In this document: positions 23,871 to 36,250 of the stretch, piece after piece
Position numbering within the stretch: the first letter of the stretch is position 1
Layout of the letters: each line of letters starts with the position of its first letter
DNA from: Podarcis bocagei
Taxonomy: Eukaryota
NCBI GenBank assembly: GCA_964188305.1
Contig: OZ076900.1
Length of the DNA stretch: 64,000 nt
Reading direction: 5' to 3' (one strand)
Position numbers and translations under genes: made by a program
The notes under the pieces: generated by a model
Databases searched by the model: none
What the model was told of the DNA's origin: nothing
What the model saw: the letters and a program-made list of their open reading frames with translations, nothing else

Positions 23871-25429
23871 AACATGAAGTGTCCCCCACCCCTAACACCC
23901 CATGCACTCAGAGTAGACCCATTGTAATTAATGGCCCTAAATTTGTCAAGTCTATTAATTTCAATGGATCCTCTTTTATTTGGGCGAACATTGGAAGGTA
24001 TCAAGCTATCCATGGCATGGAAATTGGGTTAATTTCTGTCCCAGTATGTTGGGTCAAGATGGGGAGCACTCTTTTGCAGCACTTTGCTACAAAGCAAAGG
24101 ACTGGAGGCTTTGGAGGCTGGGCCAACACTGAGAGATAACTTACAGAGAATGGAGGCATACCAGAAGCTTATGAAATTTTTAACGGCTCGGAGTGAGGAA
24201 TATATTATTCTCTCCCCAAACAGACTTTGAGGTTAGCCAATGAAATTGATGGAGATTGTGGCCCCATCAAGGTTGGTCTTTATGGTCCCCGTTCAGTGGG
24301 AGGAGCTGTGGGTGGGGTGGAAATGCTGCAGTGCATTTTGAAGCAAATTAAATTATATGCATTACCATCTAAAAGAGAGGGGCTCCACAAGTCGATTAAG
24401 TTGGAGTCTAAAATTACATAACTAGCATACTGAAAAGGGAGTTCTTACAGGCCAGCCAAAATAAAAGTACAAGGCAGAATTAATTAATTGAAATCTGCAG
24501 CAGAAGAAGTGATAATAGCCACTAACCTAAGTGGCTTAAAAAATAATAATTAAAGGAAAAATCAGCATGGGTTGAGCAATAGTTATTAGGTATGTGCTAA
24601 TTCAGGTAGAACTTCCACATCCACAGGCAGTCTACTCTTCAGAATATCAGATGTTAGGAACAAAAATAAGGGGAGGTTTTTTTGCCTTCTCAGATGCCTC
24701 TGGCCTCCTGTTTTAATAAAATGCTGGTAGGGTGGAAAATGTGTTGTTACGTTTCAATTTAGACATAAAAGTCTGGTTCGAAGAAGCGAAACCAAATTAA
24801 AATAGTTGTTACAATTGTTCTGAGTTCAAGACACAACTGAGTGAGATGGAAACCAGCTCATACAATTTGTAAGGAGTTTTGAGGGGACAGTGGAACTGGA
24901 ATCTATTTTTTGTTCCATTTTAATGTAACTTTAAAAAAAATGCCTACAGGCAGCAAACTGCATTTATGTGGCTGTCAGGTTCAATCTATAGGAAGAAATT
25001 CAAAATAAATACTGTACACACACATGTCCACACAGAAAGAGAGGAATTGATATCCAAAGGAGGAAGAAGCTTAACTGACCCATCTTCAGTTTCTCACTCA
25101 AAAAGCATAGCAAAGAATTTATTCTTTGCAGAGTTCCTATTTGGGGGTTATCAGAACCCTCTGACCTCTCCTCAGCCTAAAGCCCCCAATATATAACACC
25201 CCCCCCCCACTTTACCCTATCAAACATTCTGATTAATTTGCAATCTGATCTGATACGTGCTTGCTGGGGCATAAACCCCACTTTGTCCATTGGGATTCCA
25301 TTCAGAGCAAATATATGCACCTTTGCTGCGTTGCAGAACCACATCGGAGAAGCAGAGTGATGAATCGAAAGAACACACAAGGAGAACAAACTAGGGTTAC
25401 AAATTGTAGGCATTCCACACTTGTACGAA

Positions 25430-25600
25430 GGCGGTAGCTCAGTGGCTGAGCATCTGCCCTGCATGCAGAAAGTCATAGGTTCAATTCACAACATCTCCCG
25501 GTAGGGCTGGGACAGAGTTCCTGTCTGAAGACCTAGAGAGCCACTGCCAGTCAGTGTAGACCAAGAGCCTAACTCAACAAAAAGCAGCATGCTACATTCC
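25430..25600 (+). mobile_element. tRNA-derived SINE (related copies near 885-1010, 14176-14335, 20130-20330, 22535-22710, 37965-38105, 45566-45720, 47192-47330, 50770-50850)
   Basis: A box gtagctcagtgg and B box ggttcaatt/cc, followed by the shared body ..gctgccagtcagtgtagac. Confidence 0.75.
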
Positions 25601-25918
25601 TAACACAGCAATCCTAATGATTTATACTCAGAACTAAATCCAGTTGAATTCAGTCAAGCATACAGGTAAGTGGGTTTAGAATTGCAGCTAATTCCTGTTG
25701 GACTTAGTTCTGAGGAAATCTGCACAAGATCTGGATGAAAGACAGAATGGGTGGAGCCTGTGATTGACTTTGTGTTTTTCGTTTGTTTTGCTTCCTGCAT
25801 GGATAGGTTGGCACGAGATCTTTATTGCATTTCTATCCCACCTTATCCCCAAAGATGCTTGGGGGGTATGTGCGCACATGATTCTCCTCCTCCACAGCCT
25901 CACAACAACTGCATGAGA

Positions 25919-26172
25919 TAGGTTGGTCAGAAAACTTTTTCAGCAGGGGGCCGGTCCACTGTCCCTCAGACCTTGTAGGGGGCCGGACTAGATTTTTTAA
26001 AAAAATAAATGAACAAATTCCTATGCCCCACAAATAACCCAGAGATGCATTTTAAATAAAAGGATGCATTCTACTCATGTAAAAACATGATGATTCCCGG
26101 ACCATCCGCAGGACGGATTGAGAAGGCGATTGGGCCAGATCCAGCCCCCGGGCCTTAGGTTGCCTACGCATG
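25919..26172. mobile_element. hAT (Charlie-like) MITE
   Basis: gtcagaaaactttttcagcagggggccgg ... gcccccgggccttaggttgcctac termini. Boundaries are approximate. Confidence 0.6.
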
Positions 26173-26565
26173 GGTTAGACTGAGGGTTGGTGACCAGTCC
26201 AATGCCATTCAGTGAACTCCATGACTGGAGAATTTGAACCCTGGACCCCTTGATCCTACTCTGACACTCTGTAACCACTACACCACCGAGAGAAGAAAGA
26301 AATCTCAATCTGCAGTCTTGCCACTACATTAAGCTTGGCTCTGATAATGTAAGAACGTAAGAAGAGCCTGCCTGCTGGATCGGGGCCATGGCCCATCCAG
26401 TCCAGCATCCTGTTCTCACAGTGGCCAGCCAGGTGCCCCCACGGGAAGCCCGCAAGCAGGACCTGAGTGCGAAAGCAGCACTCATCACTTGCGAATCTCC
26501 GCAACCAGTTTTCAGAGGCATACTAAACAACAAAGAAAAATGTGTATGTGTGACACACACACACT

Positions 26566-27335
26566 GCCAGCTACAACCCCTTTTGAACAGAGATGATTTG
26601 GCCACTGTATGCCACGCTCTGGTAACTTCTAGACTGGATTATTGCAACATGCGCTATGTGGGGCTGCCCTTGAAGACAACTTGGAAACTTTACTGCGTCC
26701 AAAATGCAACAGCCAGATTATCGGCTGTGGTTCCATTTAGACGTCACATAACTTCTGTTCAGTGGCGTAGCATGGGGGGTGCAGGGGGGGCCGGCCTCAC
26801 CGGGCGCAACATCTGGGGGTTAGGGTTAGGGGGCGCAAATCCACGGGTTAGGGGGCACAAATCCACAGGCTAGGGGGTGCAAATTACTTGCCTTGCCCCG
26901 GGTGCTGACAACCCACGCTACACCACTGCTTCTGTTTTAAAACAGCTGAACTGGTTGCTGCTCATTTCTGGGCCCAATTCAAGGTGCTCACAGTCCTAAA
27001 TGATTTAGGTACCAAATATCTGGAAGTCTGCCTCCTTCCCTAGAGACCCTCTAAGGGCTGAGGTGGGCAGAGGGAGCACTTTTGTTAGTTCCTCTGCCCT
27101 CAGAGGCTGGGGGCAGGAAGGTGGCAGTCCAGGAGAGGGCCTTCTTTGTGGTGACCCCCAACCTGTGTAACTCCCCTGTGAATGCTGAAGGCGCACCCCT
27201 TCACCCCAGATTTTGACACTTGAGGTGCGTATTTTTAGGACCTAACTTATTTATGTGATTGTAGATTGTTCTAAACTGGTTTTAGTATTGTGTTTTTATG
27301 CTGTTATCCACTCTGGGACCTTAAGGTGAAGGGTG
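26566..27335 (+). mobile_element. L2 LINE 3' fragment interrupted by a MITE
   Basis: DLATVCHALVTSRLDYCNMRYVGLPLKTTWKLYCVQNATARL matches the L2 ORF2 C-terminal motif; ends in (ATA)n. Confidence 0.8.
26760..26928. mobile_element. hAT MITE containing TTAGGG-like repeats
   Basis: TIR CAGTGGCGTAGC...GCTACACCACTG; perfect 8-bp TSD cttctgtt (26752-26759 / 26929-26936). Confidence 0.85.
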
Positions 27336-27339
27336 GGTA

Positions 27340-27384
<45 letters not shown>

Positions 27385-27639
27385 TTCTTTTGTATGAGAG
27401 AAGGACCATTTGGACATCTTCTTTATTGTGCATACACAATTATTTGTGCTCATGATGCTACCAGGGTGGTTATACACAACTGAGCTTTCAATATCGTTTG
27501 TACCTACAAAAGTTTGGGGGTGGACATACGGATTTGTTTCCCGTCTTTGCATGTAGCTTCTGGGTGAAATCCTTTGACTTTCTTCATACCACAAATACTC
27601 TGCTTTATTTTGTTTCGTTTCGGTTCTGCTTTTGCAGTG

Positions 27640-28380
27640 CTATATGGCAAGAGTGCCTCTCCAGCACAACTGTGACGCAATGGCACTGGGAAAACATCCG
27701 TGGAACAACTAATAAAGTCGTGACCTTCAGATGGCCCGGTATAAATCCATCGCCAATGCGCTATTATTGTCAGTTGCAAAACAAAAACAAAAACGGAACT
27801 CCGATCAATGGGGGCGGGGAGGTGGCGCAGAAAAAGCAAAGAAGCAGGAAATCGTGTGAACGAGACACAGAGAAATCTGTGCGTCTGAGAGTAAAGGGGG
27901 TGGGGGTGGGGAGCGGAACAAATAAATCGCTTGTGTTTGTCGTTATAGAGGGGCTGGAACGCTCACAAAACGATAGATGAAATGGACCAGAGTTGCAACC
28001 CAATGGTGAAACTGACCGGTATCTTCCGGACTATCTGTTGCCCTGTCTGTGTGTCCCACGCGTTGAGATGCGGCGGTGCCAAAATAGGAAAACTCTTATT
28101 CTTTTACTAAATGGAGCTGCCGAGCGCAGGCCGGAGGTGGCTAGGAGCTCGGGAGCCGCCGCCTCACATCAAAAGCCGCCTCCACAATCCCTTTCTCTCG
28201 CCGTTTTGCTGCGGAAGAAGCGCTTTCAGACCTATTTTCCAGAGTAAATTATTCATCATCATAATAATTGTGTAATTACTGTAACTGCTCTTAATTATTG
28301 ATGCCCAAAGCAGTAATTGGTATTTATTATTAATGGGCCAGTGTGTTATGTGCAATGTTGTGTGTGTTTAGCTTAAAAAA
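27640..28380. promoter_or_regulatory. Candidate intronic enhancer (BARHL1 intron 2)
   Basis: Unique CpG-retaining sequence with CAGATGG (27728) and a TAAT-core cluster at 28265-28336. Confidence 0.5.
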
Positions 28381-28913
28381 AAAAAAAAAACAACCGGGAG
28401 AGTTTTGCTCTCTCACCCACCCACTCGCGTCGCTCTTATTTTCTCTGCCCTCCCGAATTAAACGACTAGTCTCGGCTGTGAAATAGTTTCTGCTTCTAGG
28501 GGAAATGCGGGAATGGGAAGATTGGGGGTGGGTGGGAGGTAAACAGCGGGCATTAAATAATTGCGATTGGTGGGAAGAGATTTATTTACAAAAACAGGCT
28601 TCATATAACAAAATCGAACCTTAAAAAAACCAGGAACAGAAACTGGTGGAGGGAAGGAAAGGATTGAAAAAACCACACGTGTTGAGTCTTGAAACCTGTC
28701 TGTAATGTGGGAAATGGGTACGTGCACGAGGCTGAGTGTTCTTCTTTTCTCTATATGCCAAATAACAATAAAAATAATAGTAACTATTATTGCTGGGTTC
28801 TACTCAGAGCACGCACATTGAAATTATTGGATTTAAATTAGTCATGTCCATTATTTTTTGTGGATCTACTCTGAGTGGGACTAGCAATGGATACATCATC
28901 ATCATCATCATCA

Positions 28914-28955
<42 letters not shown>

Positions 28956-31900
28956 CTAAACAACTGCATGTCTATTTAAACTGATGGACTTAACTAATTT
29001 AGCAACAGCCATTTCGACAGGGTCTACTCTGAAAAGGACTTCGTTGGATAGATATCCCATTATTGGGATTTTTTTATGAAGAGGTTAGGGAGGAAAGTGG
29101 GCAATAAATAATTTAAATAATAATGATTATTTATTTATATAGTACCATCGATGTATATGCCACACCCCTCCTCTGAGAGTCACAAAGAAATGTAACAGGT
29201 CTCGTCCCTCAAGAGCTTACAGTCTGCATTTAGCCACTGGGGAAGGGCCCGAGCCGGTTAAGAGAGAAATATTGGTAAATGCAAATTATGTGTAGACTAG
29301 TTTCTTTGCATAGGGGTTGAGGACTAAAGGGTTAAAGCCACAGGTCTCTCAGGAAAAGGGGCATTTTTGAGGAAAGGAGGCAATTGTGCTCCTAGGCAGG
29401 CTTACTCGGAAAGAAGCCTCGTTGCTGCCAATGAGATTTAACTCCCGTGTCAGCTCCCGTGGAGAGACCGTTCACACGTTTAACTTGCTATCTGCTCATC
29501 GAGTGATGCATTTGCACATGTCAACGGACATTTCCTTTTCCATATCGCAGCTTTCTACACGCTTTCTATAAAGGCCTTTATTCCCTTTTGTTGGAGTTCC
29601 ATTTATGGTTTGCCGTGAGGTTAATACTGGACTGGGAATACGTGTTCTCCAGTCTTGGTTAGCAAGAAGGAGATCTCAATAAAAAGAACCGCGGCGTTGG
29701 CTGCAGCCATATGCCCGTTTTCACATGGAACTCAATGGGACTTATTTTTTAATAAACCGAGTTGGAACTGCCCCGAAAATCCGCCAGAAGGTCTCTTTTT
29801 TTGACTGCCTACATACCGCAGGTTTAAAGAACATGACATCGCGCCAAGAAACTGGGAACTGCTGATTGTTAATTGTGCTAGGAAGTGTAGCACCGTGGCG
29901 GGGTAAACTATAGTTCCCAGTATTCGTTTGGTGGAAGCCAAGCGCTATAACAATGCAATTCTTTTCACGCCTGCCACTGCCTAAAATGTCTTACTTTATC
30001 AACCTCTAATTTTTGGACTTAGTTCCAGGGCGTGTTAAGAAGTCCTATTGGAAGAGGAAACTCGACGGAGTCGGATATCCATTGTGAACAGCGAAAATTT
30101 AAGTTTGACCTTGATTGAAATGTTCTTTGACTGATATATTTTGATTTAAACGACTTTATTCCTGACGCTGATGTGGGTGTTCTCTTACCTTCGAGAAGAG
30201 CACACCTTAAATGCTTAGAGACGCCTCGTCTGCCATTTCTCTTTTATAAATTGCTTCTGCATTCAGCAGTATTCCTGAAAATATTGGATAGTATCCTGCT
30301 GAGTTATACTCAAGGTGGACCCACTGAAATTAATGGAGCCAAGTTGGTCATAAATTTCAATGGGTCTGCTCTGCGTATGACCGAAGCTGAAACAGCCCAT
30401 TGGCTCAAATTAAAACTGGAACAAAATGAGACTTACTTCTGAGTAAACCATATCTAGCCTCGCACTGCGTGCCCCTGATTCCATGTAATGAGTTGCCACC
30501 TTTTCTCGGCCACCCCTGCTCCACTGCCCTGTGGCATCAGCCTGACTCCCAAACACACCTTAGGTAAGTTAACCTTTCCCTGGAAAGGTGATGGCTGGTG
30601 GGAAAAGCTTCCTCCGGCTGGGTCCCTGAAAAGCACGAGAGCAGCTCTAATAAAGAAAAGTTAGCAACCCTGTATGTGTGTTCTCACACTCCCTGCAGAA
30701 TGAATATTCCTGCAAAGGAGCTCAGCGTTGAGGAATGGGAAGGAAAGGTATTTAAGATGAACAGTGAGGACCTTCGTATGAGGAGAGAGAGGTTGTAGCT
30801 ATTTTCAGGTGGAAATTCAGCTACCTACTAGCCACTTCAAGTCAGGCACACAATTATAGCTGAACCACTTCCCGCGAAATGTATGACTTTTTGGGATGAG
30901 GAAAGTAGGGGAAGTGAGCTGAAAATCGTGTGAGTGAGACTTGCTTTGGCGCAACGTCGTCTCACCGCCGTGCAAACAAATCAGAATTAATGCTCATTAA
31001 AACAGGCGACCTCGTCTAATCTCCCTGCAAACAAATCAATAAACAGGTTGTGTTAATGTCCCCCAAAATCAGAGCGTGGTACCGTCCTTGGCTCATTTAC
31101 AGCTGAAATATAGCCTCCGATATGTGCAAAGAAAAGGACAGTTCTAACCAAAGAATGCAATTACGGTAACTCTTTTTAAAAAAATCTACATAATAATAAG
31201 AGGAACGCACCTTAAAATTTGCTAAGTGCTGGTTTGAACCTCTGGCTACCAAAAGGTGAGCTTGGCAACAATCTGAGCCAGTTGTTAAAGCGCTAATTTC
31301 CAAATGGGGAAATCTCGCTCATTTTGAAACCAGGCGCTATTTCATTTCAGCACGTCTGGATTTAATAACACGCAAGCTGGTGCCGGCTAGGGAAAGAGAT
31401 GGGACTAAAGCGTGGGATGGTTTGCTTGCGCCTGTGTATGAATTTTACATTTATTTTCGGGATCGGATCCTGACTGTTTACAAACACCCTAACTGTGGGG
31501 AGAGAGAAACGTTATGTTTTAAGGGGCAAGCCAGAGGTATGGGGAAGCTTTGGTTCTCCAGACGTTGCTGGACTCCAACTCCCATCATCCCAGGACAAGT
31601 AGCCAATGTGATATATGATATATGACTGAAGCAGAGCTGTGTGGGGTGGGGGTTTTTTTGGGGGGCGAATTACCATGCAGAGACACAGAACTGGCTGCTG
31701 TTCCTTGCCCAAACTCGGGGTTGCTTGAAGGTAATGTGTGGAACGACTTTTTGCGTTGTATTCCACTAACCTTTACTCAGAGTAGACCCACTGACAGTGA
31801 CGGGCCTACGTTAGTCATGACTTTTCAGTTCTGAGCAAAAGTGAAGATTCTGTGTCAAAATTTAGACACCCAAATTTACCCATATGTATGGTCATCGCTG

Positions 31901-33244
31901 CAGCATTCAGCCAGCCAATGAGGATCCAAAACCATAGGGAGGACCTCAGAATCACCTCCGACGCCATTAGAGTTGGCAGAAACCATTCACACGTTCAGTG
32001 CAAGTCAGCGAAGGCAAAATAATCCGGGGACTGTGCGTGCTTGTGTCTGTGCGCGGGCGAACGAAGAGATCGAGGACCCGTGTTTGGTCTTTTAAAGCAA
32101 CGAACACTATCAGGAGCCCCAGATTTTGACAAACTTTCTTTGTACGTGTCAGGGCTGCACAGGTAGATATCAGGAAAAGCGCGTTTTTCTTCGGGGCCCA
32201 GCAGTTTCAGATCTGTGGGTGTTTGTGGTTTACCTGGTTACTAGACAAAACAGGATATAGGTAGCTTTGCTAATTTCACCCTCCCCGGTTCCTTCCCGTT
32301 CGCCCTTCTGGGAGTTTGATCTGGAATGTTGAGGAGGAGGAAAGGGTTAAACAGCCCTCTGTCCCCCCCCCGGGGGGGGGGAGAGATGGAGATCGTTGCT
32401 CTCAAGGATTTTAATTAAAATACAAAGTAAGCGACGCCACACTAAAATGTAACCGTGAAGTATTTTACATGCCCTTGGAGCGTACAGGCTAGTTTACCTT
32501 TGCACAAACGTGGGGAAAGACCCCCTTTACGTTCCTAGATCACCCCCGCGCTCCAAAAAAGACTTGTAACCAACTTTGCTCTGTCTATGCACGCACGCAA
32601 CTAATATTTCGCTTGAAATACTGCTGATCATCAAACTTACCATTCATATAGCGCTTTTAAAATGCTTGTATATCTGAATCTCTTCCAGGACACCTAGAAC
32701 CTTTTTCCTTTATTTTATTTTATTTATTTAAGGAGACCTTTAAGAATATTAGTAAACTAACTCTTTGGGTGTTCGAATACTTTCCCCTAATAATCTGACC
32801 AAGAGTCTTGTGTAACCAAAAAACCTTGCACACCTTGGAAGAGCTCTGTGTAGTTTAAAAGTGTGCAAGTGTCACTGCGGCATTGAAGCTGACTATACTA
32901 AAAATAATATTTTATTAGGTCAGGGGAGGGGAAACTGGTCCTTTAGATGCAGTTGGACTCTGATTCCCATCAGCGCCAGCCACCGCGGTCAATGGACAGA
33001 GATGATGGGAGTTAGAGTTGGAGTACAAGGGGAGTGGGGTTAACTCACCCAAATGCGTTAAAATATATATATACATGCATCTTTCAAAACTAAATTCCTT
33101 CAACTAAACTGAAGCAGAAACAGAATTTTTCTCTCTCTGTGTTAATTACTTTGGTAACAGCTCGAGTTTGTGGATTTGATTTTTTCCCGTCCAGTGTTAG
33201 GGAGGCACAACGTTTTGCCAAAGAAGTTTAACGTAATGGATGAC

Positions 33245-33246
<2 letters not shown>

Positions 33247-33302
<56 letters not shown>
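33247..33302. repeat. (TAT)n microsatellite (others at about 15277-15328, 27339-27382, 28894-28953, 55591-55644, 56317-56367)
   Basis: Direct reading. Confidence 0.95.
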
Positions 33303-33304
<2 letters not shown>

Positions 33305-33612
33305 AAAGAGTAACCACCGCAGAGTAACTACCACCCTTTCCTCTGCTTTTTGCAACCCCTGAAGTAGGCTCTCTTCCCAACCTTCACCCAAAGATTTAGG
33401 ATGCCATCCAAAACAAACTTTCCTGCATGCGACAGGATTTAATTTTCGAGCATAAACTTGCATAGAACTGCGCTTTTCGAAAACCAGAGTGGGAGGAACA
33501 ATACCCTTTTCCAGGGTAACTAATCCGAAGTAAGGGAGGTGAAAGGTGCCCCGCCTCCTCCTCCTTGCCTTGCCACCCACCCACCCCCGCTCTCTCTCCC
33601 GCTCTCTTTTTA

Positions 33613-34011
<399 letters not shown>

Positions 34012-34019
34012 CTATGAGA

Positions 34020-36250
34020 TCCCTATGCCTGTTTACTCGGAAGTAACTTCCATAGCTTTCTATGGGGCTTCCTCGTCAGTGAAATGTGGATAAGGTTGCA
34101 GCCTTAAGATCCTCCTTTTAGGTATGTTTACTCACAAGTAAGGCCCATTAATAAGTCAAAGAAGTCCGTTCGTGAGCCCAGTTAGGAACAGCGTAACTGT
34201 ATTATAAACCGAAGGTACTTTCATGAGAACTAGTCACTTAAATTCGAGATACCCTCGACCTGAGATACTGGGGAGGGAGAGATATCTCAATATATTCCAA
34301 GAGGACAGTAAATTTAACCACACACACAAATATCTATATGCATGCGTACACATTATTTATTTTATTATTAAAATTATTTATAGCCCTCCCAATATCATAT
34401 CGACCTCAGGGCTGGGTTCACAGTCGTCTGCGTCAGCGATCCAGTTCAGCCTGATTTTAGTGCCAAAGAGTTAAGCAAGCCCTTGAAACATTTCCCCTTA
34501 AAATTACTTATTTATTCAAACATATTTCTAGTCCCCAAGCCTCTTAGTACAAACCCTGAAATTAAGGGGATGTCACAGCGCTTAACTTTAGGTGCTGCCC
34601 AAAATGTTCTTCACGGAATAATATATAAATATTGATCTTAAAGGAAACTATCCCCACCCCCCGCTTAAATAAAATAAATTCGGTGTTCATTGTGTCATTC
34701 TGGAATAGATTGCACTGTTACTTCCAGGTAAACACGGGTAGGATCGAGATGCGCATCAGAAATGCCAGGAAACTACTACTGAAGTTAGTTTTTTTCACAA
34801 AATATAGATTGCATCCTTCGGGCAAATGGATTTTTTTTTTAAGAAGGCAAGACAACTAGATTAACAGGAATAAACGTATGGGCTTGAGATGGAGTCTCAA
34901 CACGATCCGTACAATTTACTCACAAGTAACAGGGAAGACGACAGGGAAGTAAACGCCACTCAACCCAATGGGAGTTACTTCTGTGTAAAACATGCCTAGG
35001 GATATACGAAACGAACCTGGAAATTTTAGAAAATATCTTATTCCTAACAAAGAGTGTCAAAAATTATGGGATGCCGGAGTTGCACTCCGGTTTAAACTAT
35101 AGGTACAGTACTTTAATTCGTTTTAACTGTGATCTGTAGCCAACGTTACCCATTACAGTACTCAGGCCGGACCCACTGAAATTAATGAGTGTGACTAGAT
35201 CCATTAGGCGAGGCTACTCAGAGTAAAAACTAATTGGAGACAGCTCTGATTTTGTTCTCTATAATGGAAATAAATCCGAGGTTTTTGCAACTGGAATTAG
35301 TGATAATCTGAATTAATGAATGCTAAAGTAAGTAACACACCACCCTAAATCCATACAGATTCAACAAAGCCTTTGGGTTTCAGCCAGTTAAATTCTACTC
35401 AGAGTAGACCCATTTAAACTAATTATTTTCAATACGTCAACTCTGAGTAGCACTACCTTCTGCATACAACCCAGAGAAATTTCGGTATCTGAGGCAAACG
35501 AGTCTTCCTTGTGCGGGGTTAAAAGCAGAGGAATAAACCAAACAAGTCAAATTTAATTTAATTTTAAAATTGACATTTTAATCTTGGTTTGAGGGTACCC
35601 GCGTTGTCCTTCTGAAGATGCAATGCGGACAAAACTGAGCACTTTCAAGGGCGCCAGCCAGGTTATGCACTTCTACCTGGGAGTAAGTTTCAATAGAGTC
35701 AATGGTGCTTTCTTCCCGGTGAACACACTGCCCGCCTCCCTCGATTCTGTGCACGTTTATTTGGGAGCAAATCCCACCGAGATCTGTCAAGCTTATTTCG
35801 AAGTAAACGCCAGGATAGGACGCAGCCTAAACCCCCTCCCCAATATTTACTGCAACCCTAAAATGCCTTGTTAGAAGAAGCAAGCCTCACTGAATTCCAC
35901 GAGGGTTCCTCCCAGGTAAATGGGTAGAGGGCTGCAGCCTAAACGTGCGTCATTTTAGTTGCTTGGATCTTCTCAGAAATGTCCCAGAGAGTTCTAAGGG
36001 ATTTATGCCTCTATCAGTGTGCTTGGGCCTCTGACTTTTCTTAAAATTCAAATTTCCCCCACAAAATCCTTTTTTTCTCCATTATTTTATTGGCTGGGTC
36101 CCGTGCCCCCTCCCCAGACTTTCTCACCTCCGCTGACAATAAAGTTTCCATCACTGAACAGTAAGCTATGCCACCCTACCTAGGGCTACTCAGAAGTAAA
36201 CCGACTGAGTTCAGTGGAGCTGACTCCCAGGTAAGTCATGTCAGATCGCG
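34020..36250. repeat. Cluster of about 60-100-bp palindromic MITE-like repeats (Harbinger-like), dispersed across the locus
   Basis: Repeated motif tttactc(a/g)gaagtaa..ccca(c/t)tga..tcaatggggcttac..caggtaa..ggattgcagcc at about 34020, 34120, 34915, 35160, 35390, 35660, 35750, 35870, 36175, and elsewhere. Confidence 0.65.

Noticed and set aside
25430-25500. tRNA-like A and B boxes (also near 45566, 47195 and 50775)
   Set aside because: These are SINE heads followed by a shared SINE body; no intact cloverleaf.
32363-32381. C9G10 palindrome in intron 2
   Set aside because: Homopolymer runs are common in this window and error-prone; there is no supporting context.
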